From NCBI RefSeq assembly GCF_006345805.1, contig NC_042998.1, forward strand, positions 200,694,001-200,758,000: a stretch of 64,000 bases of DNA, read 5' to 3'. Below the pieces are notes generated by a model, which had not been told where the DNA came from, searched no databases, and worked only from the letters and a program-made list of their open reading frames with translations. Below are positions 52,785-64,000 of the stretch, piece by piece; position 1 is the stretch's first letter, and each line of letters starts with the position of its first letter. A program made the translations under genes and the position numbers. Source of the stretch: Octopus sinensis. Its lineage: Eukaryota.

Positions 52785-55265
52785 CAAGTGCGTACAAATG
52801 TATTTATGTATGTCTGTGTATTCATATATATTTATATATATATATATATATATAATGGAGAAAGAGGGAAAGTGAGAGAAAGAGAAAACGAGAGAGGCAG
52901 ACAGAAAATGCTTATCTACCTTTCAAATCAGATAGCCGTCTGCTGATCTCAGAAATATTTAAAAAATAACGACATTAAAAGCAATACAAATATTCTAAGA
53001 TGTATGCGAAAACTAACTTATGAGACAGTTCTTAAGGCACATTAACTTCTAGACAGCACCACCATTTTGGAAGCCTGTCAATGAAACCACCACTTGTCAG
53101 AAACCTATGCAGTGAAATTATGTATATAAAACGCAAGCTGACTTTCTAAGAGTTTTAGCAGAATACTGTGTCATTATATACACCATTATAGTCATTATTA
53201 TACTAAAGTTAAGGAAATAGTGAAGTGGAAATTAGTCTGTACATACACTGAATAATCTGCAATTTGAAAATTTTAAAGAGGAAAGAAAACAAAATCCAAG
53301 TAACAACTCAAAATATATGACAAGAAATCTTGAGAGTATTATGTATTCGATGTTTTTGCTCTGCAAGTTTCGACTAACAATGTGAGTCCAGGTGAAAATT
53401 CAACATTGTTTCAAAATTGCAGGAATATAAATGCAAAAAGCCAGGGCATGATTCCGTATAGATGCTGACATCCCGAGAAAAGGAACAAGTTTGTAAATTT
53501 CCTTTTTATGCTGCAAAAATCTGACAACATGGAGGCACAGTTATTCTGGTCTTTGCGTCAATAGAATGCATTTAAATGTACTACAATAATTTAGGGAGAG
53601 AGTGTCGGGAGGGATGTAGGGAAGGACAGCAGGAGAGAGCAAGCGAGAGAGAAAGAGAGAGGGGAGACAGAAAACGCGCGCGCAAGAGAGAAAGCAACTA
53701 ATAGAAAGAGGGAGTGAGAGTGAGAGAAAGAAATGGTGAGAGAACCTGAAATACATAGATTAAAGCCGATTAGGATATATACTACAAATAGAACCCAAAA
53801 TGTTAATGTAATTGATGACATGCTTTCAGAATCCACGGCCATGTTAACGTGAGTTAAATTGAAGTCCTTTATATTCAATTGTATTTGTACGCGATAGTAA
53901 TCTTAGTGGAATAATACGTATAGCGGCTGTATCTGAATACAAAGAAGTCGCTTACTCTGGAGGCTTCTTCCTGCTGGGTTACTACTAATAAACGCATCAA
54001 GAATGAAAATGTCTCAAGAAGAAAGTTCCATTAACATTTGTTCGAGAGGTAAAAATCGCATGCTTCGTGATGCGCAGAGGCGTATTTTATTTTGGGGTTC
54101 AGGTTTTCAGATAGTAAAGTTTATTTGTCAACATAATGTGGCAGAACTTTACAAGGCATATGTTACTGATCTTTAGCCCCAGAAAAAGGTTTTTTGTTTC
54201 CAGTTGGTTACCGGCACAGAGTTTGTGCCAGTATAATCTATGCAAGGAGGTCATCGCTCCCATCTCTAGCCCTACTGACCAAGGTTTCTGGGTAATTACC
54301 CGTCTGCTGCATGGGTCAATCATCAGCTAATGTTGAAGGCTTTCTCCACTTGCAAATACTATACATTTTTTAAGCGACACACAATCCCTGATCTCGGAGT
54401 CAGAAAAAAACTTGTTTTAAATTTCTGATCGAGAGATAGATATAGAGGAACAGTACCGAATAGTAAAGTTTATTTCCCAAAATAACGTGGCAGTCCTATA
54501 AAAGGTCGGTTTTCAAATGTTTCAGTCGTCCCGAAATGGCATTGAGCTGGTAGTCAATGTGTATGTCATGTTGAGTGTATATATGTGCGTGCGGGGCGCG
54601 TGTGTGTATGTGTGTCTGTGTGCCTTTCTCCAGGTTTGAAGATAACATCTCTCGGTTGAACAGCAACTTTTTCTATGAAACACTCGGAAGATTTCAGTCC
54701 CATTCCTAGAAAACTCTGATCGGAGTATTTCAACCCCGAGAGCTGGCAGATGTTGCCACCAAAAACTCCACCTCCCAACCCGGCTCGTTCCCCTGTTCCC
54801 GCCCACGCTGCCCTACGTCTCCACCACCACAACAATCTTCAGTGAAAAGGTTGCGCATTCAAAGCCACGAAAATATTTTGACAAAGTAGATTTAGATGGT
54901 GAAGTATATCTACCGGTTTTTGTGTGTTTTTAAAAGGCTTACAAACAGCTCCATGCAGCACACGATCTCAAATCAAGTCACTTGCTTTGCAAGTACATCT
55001 CCGTAATGTGTATTTATACACACACACACACACATACACATGCACACACACACACACACAAGCACACATATATATATATACATATATATATATAAATATA
55101 CATATATATTATATATATATAAATATACATATATATATATATATATAAATATACATATATATATATATATATAAAAAACTTACTTGGAGAAATAAGAAAG
55201 TGACGCGAGGCGTTCAATCATATAATAACAATTTAACAAATAAAACATATGCATACATACATACA

Positions 55266-55299
<34 letters not shown>

Positions 55300-55495
55300 C
55301 ATACATACATCTATGCGTGTTTCGAACAAGCATTGAGTCGAACCAGGGGCAGCTGGTGAAGGGGAATATTCCTTGTATTGTTTGTCTTATACTCTGCTAT
55401 TTCGTTGTTAAAAAAAGTCCGTTTCCTTATTTGTTTTTATGTTTTCGTTTCTCGTTGTGTTCTACGTTTATTTGTGGTGTCCTGTACTCTTATAT

Positions 55496-55570
<75 letters not shown>

Positions 55571-56015
55571 ATGCATGTATATATACATATAGATGTAGGT
55601 ATGTACATATATGTATTTATGTATGCATATGTTTTATTTGTTAAATTGTTATTATATATATAATAAATATATATATATATATATATATGAAAATGGGGGA
55701 GATCAAGTGGTGGTATTCATCAATCTTAGACATTATACTATGTGTATGTATTATTTAACTAAAAAAACAATTATAACAATATACATACATGTATAACATA
55801 TTATGCTTTACATATATAATATATGGAAGTACCAGTCATTATTAAAACATAAAACGTAGAGCATAGATAGTAGGAAAGTATCTTACAGCTGCAACGGTCG
55901 TACGGTTGTTGCTTATTTCGATTTTAATCACCTCATTTCGAAATTGTATGGATAATACCGTATGAAATTATCGTGCCTCAACTTAAGCACCTCATTCACC
56001 TGAATACACACACAA

Positions 56016-56046
<31 letters not shown>

Positions 56047-56065
56047 TATATATATATATATATAT

Positions 56066-56136
<71 letters not shown>

Positions 56137-56144
56137 ATATATAT

Positions 56145-56175
<31 letters not shown>

Positions 56176-56226
56176 GTATATGTGTATATATACACACACA
56201 TACACATTCACACACACACACACACT

Positions 56227-56270
<44 letters not shown>

Positions 56271-56568
56271 ATATATATAGCTAAAAAAATTAGAGTCCAT
56301 TGTTGATTAGTTTACGGGTTGATTAGTTCAGGAGATAGAAATGTCAAGAGCGTTTTGTATACTTTGACATTTATAGAAGTGTATATGTTGCCGGCTATCT
56401 GTGAGAAAACTCTGTTAATGATACTCTTGGATCTTAAGATGGTATTAGATTGTAAAGACGTAAAAATACTTAAAACCAAGTAAAAATTTCAAATATAAGA
56501 ACAGAAGATGAATACTGTTTTCTGACTTCAGTGAAGCGGAAGAAATGAAAATAAATGTAATTGGTTCA

Positions 56569-57759
56569 ATAGAGGATAGAGTGTGATGATAAAGAATAAG
56601 CAGTAGAAATAGTTAAAAAAGAAAACAATGAAAGGAATCTACAATAATGACTGTTAGGTTTATGGCTTGGTATTCATAGCTAAAAGAAGCAACATATCTT
56701 ACGTATAAAACTGAACTTGGGAATTCAGAAGTTAGGTTGAAAATGTGATAAGAAACGATCATATATGGCCAATGTCCACTTCGGCGGAGAGAAAATAGCT
56801 GAACAAGAAAACATTGTATGAAGATAAGCCTTACTGGTTCCTGATCAGTACATGGCAAATTTGACGAGAAAAATCCTCATTGGCAGGACTAAATTTTTCC
56901 AACCAGATACTACCAAAGTCATATAATGAGTCATATTAGAGTAAGGCAAAAGTATTTTTAGATGGTGAAGAAATGATATTTCATAGGAACATAGCTTTGA
57001 TATACGGCGGGTATTGCCTACGTTATCATGTCTTGAAAGGAATAAACGTCTCCCAAAGACCCCGGATAATGGCAATGCGATCATACTCTCGGACATGTTA
57101 ACACAAAATTTGCAAAAAATAAAAAAATGGCAAAATTTCAAGGCAGAGACGAATCCCCTCCAAAAGAGAGCTACTGATGCTGCAACTAAAATACTGGGTC
57201 GCTTAGACCTCTATTGTTAGTATCCTCTCCAGGCTTTCCGTTTCCGATCTACGTGTCCATACTCAGAGTAATTCCAATAAATCGGACCATGCTCTTCATC
57301 TGTTCTTCACTGAATTTGAAGTAAAACAATGAAAAATTGACGAGAGCTTGGCCACATATGAATACGCGTCTTCAATTCTTTCAGTCATATGAATAAACCA
57401 ACTTTCATATAAATGTATGCCCCAATCGCAAAAAGAATTCTTTATAGTGATTTGTGTCATTTTGTTTTTGTTTTCCTTTTATAGTGACCTACGAAGGAGA
57501 CTTTGCTCAATGCTATAATACTTTACAAAAGAGCATTCTTTTAATAGAACAGATATAATGGTCGATGCAAGGGAACACAGTAGAAAGGTGCTTCATAATA
57601 TAAAATCTAGGAAGGTGCATTCCTTGATACAACAGACACGATGGTCGTAGAAAATAAAGATAGCAGGAAAGTAGTCTATTCGTAGTATGTCATTTTTATC
57701 TATTTCTGTTGTCTATATAGAGGATAGAGTGTGATGATAAAGAATAACCGGTAGAAATA
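56569..57759. repeat. 43-bp direct repeats (56569-56611 and 57717-57759) bracketing ~1.1 kb
   Basis: atagaggatagagtgtgatgataaagaataa...gtagaaata, 41/43 identical. Confidence 0.85.
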
Positions 57760-58600
57760 TTTTAGTGCAATTTCAAATCATTGCAACAGAAGATTTTTTT
57801 TTAAGAATTAGTAAAAACTTACAATACTGCAATGGACATTTACGTAATGGATAATATTTTATAATACTAGAGTGGTGATCCGTTACATCCAGCCTAATAC
57901 CTGAACAAATAACCAGACAAGTGTTTCGAAATTATTGATGCACTTTGTATATCCAGCATCTGAGCCTACCTATTAACCTATCTTCAAGCATATCTTAATT
58001 GGGAAAAAATGTTTCGCTCATTATGATAATGAATACACTTTTGCAATCTTTGATTTTAAATCTCTTAATGTTGTCTTATTTTTATCCACTCTCTATATAA
58101 TGATCAACGCATCTATTCTGCAATCTTTATTTTCCCTTTAATGAAGGCACCATTGATAAAAATTTTAATTAATTGCCTAGGGAAAGATTTCGAACGTGAC
58201 ACATCATGATTTATTACGTTCAAGTGCATCGTCATCACTATTGCCCGCAAAGCAATCCGACTGCCTATGTTTCTTTTTTATGACTTAACTACAGATAAGA
58301 GACTTAATATAACATATCATCTTACACGCTTTCAACAGTTACGGTGAACACTAAAGCAAATAAAAACAAAAATGAAAGCTACACTTTATTTCAAATGGAA
58401 TGTACTTGTTCCTATAATCACTGTAGCTAGAGGTTTTTTCCGTATTTTCGTTTTGTGATATTGTTCAGAGAAAAGTAGTAGTTAGGTCTAAAAATGTAAA
58501 CACTTTTCATTAGCAATGGTTCCGTTTGGGCTCAGAATTATATAATTTTAAGGAGATTTTAGTTAATTTCCTACGGTATATTTTTCAGTTATGCATGGAA

Positions 58601-58666
58601 TATAATTCGAATTCCATATATTCTAAAGTATATAATTCGAATTCCATATATTCTAAAGTATATAAT
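58601..58666. repeat. Perfect 30-bp tandem duplication
   Basis: tataattcgaattccatatattctaaagta twice, plus tataat. Confidence 0.9.
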
Positions 58667-58769
58667 GATGGTAGCCGAAACGTAACCTCGACTGTGTAGC
58701 ATGACTTTTTTATACAATGTATCACTATTAATGTGGCCGCTGGTTGTTAGAGTCTCAGACAACATATCT

Positions 58770-59174
58770 CTCTTTACTCTTTTACTCTTTTACTTGTTTC
58801 AGTCATTTGACTGCGGCTATGCTGGAGCACCGCCTTTTAGTCAAGCAAATCGACCCCATAACTTATTTTTTGTAAGCCTAGTACTTATTTTATTGGTCTC
58901 TTTGGCCGAACCGCTAAGTTACGGGGACGGAAACACACCAGCATTGGTTGTCAAGCGATGTTGGGGGGACAAATACAGACTCAAAAACACACACACATAT
59001 ATACATATATACGACGGGCTTCTTTCAGTTTCCGTCTACCAAATCCACTTACAAGGCTTTGGTCGGCCCGAGGCTATAGTAAAAGACACTTTCCCAAGGT
59101 GTCACGCAGTGGGACTGGACCCGGAACCATGTGGTTCGTAAGCAAGCTACGTACCACACAGCCACTCCTACGCC
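58770..59174 (-). mobile_element. Family A SINE, full length
   Basis: Matches the other family A copies. Confidence 0.92.
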
Positions 59175-59363
59175 TAGTCAGATTTAGTTGCAAAGTCTTT
59201 CATTGTGAATTTAAGGACCACCAATTTGAACTTTGCCCGATTAAAAAATGTTATTATAGAAACTTTTGTATATTTAGTATATATTATACGAATGATATTG
59301 TTTATATACTAAATGCTATCCTTCACAAAGACAAATAGTATATCTCATGATCAAGTTTAATAT

Positions 59364-59570
59364 TGGTTTCGAATTTTGACACAAGGCTAGCAATTATGGT
59401 ATGTTGATTACATTTACCCAAGTGCTCAACTGATACTTATCTTATCGACTACGAAAGGATGAAATGCAAAGTCGACCCCGGCGGAATTTCAACTCTGAAC
59501 GTAGCGACAGATAAAATGCCGTTAACTATTTGGCCCGGCGTGCTAACGATTCTACCTGTTTCCCGCATTC
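59364..59570 (-). mobile_element. Family B SINE (alternative tail) with 16-bp TSD
   Basis: tgatcaagtttaatat at 59348-59363 and 59571-59586. Confidence 0.88.
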
Positions 59571-59638
59571 TGATCAAGTTTAATATGGCATAAGAATACA
59601 ACCATGAAGATATTGTCCTGTTTAGGCTCTATTTTCAG

Positions 59639-59782
59639 ACTACTTCTGAGAAGACACATGTCGAAACAACGGTGCCCCAGAATGCCGTGCACCAATGGCC
59701 CATGCATGTTGGACACACAGACATACAAAAATCAGTTGTCCTATAATGTACACTGCAGTGACCAGCCTATTTCGCATTTGAA
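59639..59782 (+). CDS. Candidate exon (LLLRRHMSKQRCPRMPCTNGPCM...QPISHL)
   Basis: ctctattttcag|144 nt open, phase 2-2|gtaacc; locally more GC-rich. Confidence 0.28.
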
Positions 59783-61968
59783 GTAACCTATACGTGTTAA
59801 GAATAAATATTGAAATATTCGGTCAGTGTTATGTTTGTTATTCATTAACTCCCAGTTTTCTAATCAAAACTGTATCTGGCTTCTTAGAAAATATATGGCA
59901 TAATCGAGGTAGATATTTGCAGGCGAACAAAAAGAAAAGGTTTTAAGTTCTGAAAGGAATCTTTCGATACAGAAGATATAAATACAGTATGGAAAGCAAA
60001 GGTATATATCTGATGCATATATCTCTGTCACTTGCACAACTTCCACTATTATTATACATTTTCTTATGGAGTCAAAGAGATAACGTCTTGACTATAAACG
60101 TTAAATGGGAGAAATCGTCCAGAACATTCATATGAACTTTGATATATCAAACGTTCATCGTTTCTTGCTTCTTTTTTTTCCGGTAGATACTCACCATCTA
60201 ACTTAACGCTTCAGTCGTATTCCAATAATTCACTTATATTACTTGAAAAGTCGTTTAATGAGTGTATTTCTTCCGAAGATAATTTTAGCGATCGAGTTCT
60301 TCCTTAAGGCTATCTCACACATCTTCACTTTTTAACCGAGTAGTAAAATTTTTCATTGTTGTAATCTGCTGACAGACGCATTAATATTCAAAGTATTGAC
60401 TTAATCGAGCTTAAACTCACCAACGTTTACTTCTTGGTTTTGACTCTTTAATAAATCGCTATGAAGTATAATATTTTCTGAAGACAATTTTGTTACTGCT
60501 CTAGACAAATTCACTTCGTAGAAAGATAAAAGTTTTACTGCAAAACTGATTGAAGAGTTTCACCGCTATTCTGTCCCTATGAAATCGACTTATCGGCCCA
60601 ATAGTTGGTGTCAAATGTCCTGGTATATTACAGAGATTAACACATCATTGTGAATAAATCACTGTCTAATAAATAGACTAACTATTAGAACGAAACTCGA
60701 ACATTTCTGTATGTGATGGTCTCTGCTGAATTAAAACATATACTAGAAGATAACAGTTCTCTGTTCCACACATCCATTTGATATGAAGAATAATAGAAGC
60801 TAAACACTTTATTTTCATTTCATAATATTCCAACGCATAAAAACATTTTCAAGAAATTCAGCTTTGCCCACATTTCATATTTACAGCGATCTAAATATAT
60901 AATTTGATATATATTTTGTTGTTGTTTAGATTTTGATGAGCAGACCTGGGGTCAAAACACTAACCGCCATAGATTATTATATTCACCTAAGACGTTTAGG
61001 TAAAATTTGTCTGTAATTCGTCTACTATTTCAAGCAGATTGAATGATCCGATAGGTACTTCTCGTTGAACCGATTAGGCATGTATGTATGTACGTATATA
61101 TGTATGTATATTTACATCTAAATAATCTTTGTTTGGCTTACGATGTTATATCGTCTGCAGTGCAGGAGTGACGTTAATATTTCAGAGTTTAGCAACTCCA
61201 TACTTCCTTATGCACTTGGAAATGCTCATCATATAGGGTTTTTAATTCTACAAGACTTGATAATGGTGTGTTGTTTCTAATGTTCGTACGGCGTATGACA
61301 TTCTATTCCAAACTGTCTGTACATACTAATACCATAAATGTTTTCTTTATTTTCCTTTATTTTTAATTGCTTTGCGTTGGTATTTGCAGTTAAGCAATCA
61401 GGTTTCCATAATCCTAACATTGTATTCGGCTACCTAGATACTGTTTTTATTCGCTCATTATAAATTACTTAATATGATGATATCAGCATCTTTCTTATGG
61501 ATGCCAACTTGTTTACATTAAGCAACGTCTGATAATTGTTGCTACCTGGGAAGTACTTTTCGATTAGGTCAAATCATGTCTATGCATATTTGAGTCTGTG
61601 ACTTTAATCAATCACATGTTAAATATTCAAAGAACTCTAACGTCTTCAAAAGTGCTGACTTGTTTTTCATGTTTGAATACCGCTTTTGTTTTATATTGTG
61701 CTATTGGAATTTTGGAAGTTTTTCAACGGTGACCACATATTGTATATTCTTTTGCTTCTAAGTTGAAACAATTTCTTAATATGTTTGGGAGTGGATTTCA
61801 GATCATACTTTATTTGCATTCGTTTATAATTGAGCATTTTTGTATTGGTACAAATGAAACCGACGAATTTTGATAATCTGTGCTTCCAATAGTAACCTCG
61901 AAATCAATAACTGTGATAAGTCGCCTCTATATCTAATTAATGACACTGTGTATGTTACATTAATATTC

Positions 61969-62238
61969 ATTTCTACTCAAAACACAAGCCTGAAATTTTG
62001 GGGCAAGGGAGTCTTTACTAACCACAAGGGGCTAAACACGGAGATGACAAACAAGGACAGACAAACGGATTAAGTCGATTAGATCGACCCCAGTACATAA
62101 CTGGTACTTAATTTGTCGACCACGAAAGGATGAAAGGCAAAGTCGATCTCGGTGGAATTTGAACTCAAAACGAATTGACAGACGAAATACAGCTAAACAT
62201 TTCGCGCGGCGTGCTAACGATTCTGCTAGCTCACCGCC
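61969..62238 (-). mobile_element. Family B SINE with a double (chimeric) tail and near-perfect 16-bp TSD
   Basis: tgttacattaatattc (61953-61968) and tgttgcattaatattc (62241-62256). Confidence 0.85.
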
Positions 62239-63836
62239 TTTGTTGCATTAATATTCTACGGGCTCATATACCTCAGTGCGATGGTAGCTGCCCATCTTTA
62301 ATGAAATGGGTCTTCTGTTTTCAGCAGATTAGAAAAGTAGTAGATGAGTACACAGGGTCTAGAAGTAGTGTATTAAGATGAGTACCGCGGATAATACGTT
62401 TCCTTTCCAAATTCATTGCTAGTGTACCTCATAAAAGTCATCTTACCGAACATACGCAGATTTCTGTCGTAAAATATTTTGTTGCGTATCAAAGTTTATG
62501 GTCACTGGTGCTTTAGCTATTAACAGGAATAAACTGGGAAAACATAGTGAACACAGACGTTCATTTGCCCATGAACGTGGAAGTATCACTATTCATCCGT
62601 GGATAATAGCTGGCTAAGCTGCACATTTACAACGCTGTCTTCAATTGAGTTACTTGTTGTCCTTGACTCTATGACTGCTAAGTGCAATTCTTTGCAAAAT
62701 AGTAGCGCATGTTTGGTTGCGGAAGCCTTTCTTCTATAGACGCAACCAACTCTTCTGTCTCGGGACAAATTCCGAAACGTCCTCATGTATTCCACCCCAA
62801 TACTATATGTGTAATGCACTCTGACTGATATCTTATTCATCAAACACAAAGAAAAGATAAAAGCAAAGTGTATGTGAGATTTGAACACCGCGCGGAGAGA
62901 GACTTAGAATTATACCGTGAGCATAATATCCTTCGCTCTAATGATCCTGCCCTCTTTATCAAACATATGTATGCGTGTTTGTGAGCATATATGTGTGTAC
63001 GAACGTATGTACATATGTTTCTGTACAGAAATATAGACTGATAATTTTTGTGCATAAACTTCGTGATTCTAATATGAGAGCCAATGACAATTATGCAAAT
63101 ACACATACGAAATGATTGGTACATATCAAGATATAAGAATAGCGAAGTTATGAGCGGTTGATATAATTGCTCACTTCAACTACTCGGTATTGTAAGTGTT
63201 CCATAAGGGCATTGTATTTTATATACGGAAATAGCAGCACGAAAATATCAAATATACAAATAGATCCAAATCAGATACATAAATATAATTTCTAGATTTT
63301 TTTCATTTCTCGACCTTTGTTCAATTTATGTAAAGCCGACTGCCCATCCCGTACCTCTTGATGTGCAATAAAATATCACTGTAGCTCGAAATGTTTCTGG
63401 CTATTGTGTAATGGCTCGTTATTTACTCATACGTTCTGACAAACCAGCCTTTGAACCACAAACATTTCGTTTCCAAATGCAGCTGCAATCAAGCAACCTG
63501 AGAAAGAGATAAAGAGAAGCAGATACATGTGTGTGTGTGTGTCTGCGTTTGTGTTTGATTGTCTGTGGGTGTATGTGAGGGTTTGTGTGTGTGTGGTTAT
63601 GGTGTTAGCAAATACATATTTTGTCACACGATACAAATATAGATACGTTGAATTTGAGTAGACATGCTTCGCAATGTACACAGATATGAAACATGCTATA
63701 TTTAGGCGATATCAGCAATATCATTATTTCTTTTACTGTTTTGTTACTTAAATCTATAGCATCAAGAGCAGCAATTAAGCTATTTTGATTGATATGCAAT
63801 CGCCTATATATTTATATATATGTATATGTATATATA

Positions 63837-63929
<93 letters not shown>

Positions 63930-64000
63930 ATATTCACACACAACATGTTAAAATTCACGACCATGCACATGAATAATTATACATAATTCTACCCCTACAA

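Noticed and set aside
58664-58688. atgatggtagccgaaacgta as a minimal hammerhead
   Set aside because: Core is incomplete and there is no stem I

Overview
Very AT-rich eukaryotic DNA, dense in microsatellites [(TA)n, (CA)n, (TATC)n, (CTA)n]. The SINE families and repeat landscape resemble an octopus (cephalopod) genome; this is inferred from repeat content only. Almost all ORFs in the track are microsatellite or SINE read-throughs. The window holds three tRNA-derived SINE families (many copies, several with 14-16 bp TSDs), decayed LINEs (two CR1/L2-type, one R4/Dong-like, RTE fragments), Tc1/mariner remnants, two non-autonomous Helitron-like elements and several MITE or fold-back palindromes. 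The most notable signal is a set of type I hammerhead ribozyme motifs in short AT-rich elements bordered by (TA)n. Two have an intact core (31660-31754 +, 49152-49232 -), one with core substitutions lies in a 361-bp solo-LTR-like element (27651-27701), and several more are decayed. A chain of splice-site-bounded open exon candidates on the + strand (about 8.4-59.8 kb) may belong to a long-intron gene. It tentatively resembles CatSper subunit epsilon, which is unconfirmed.
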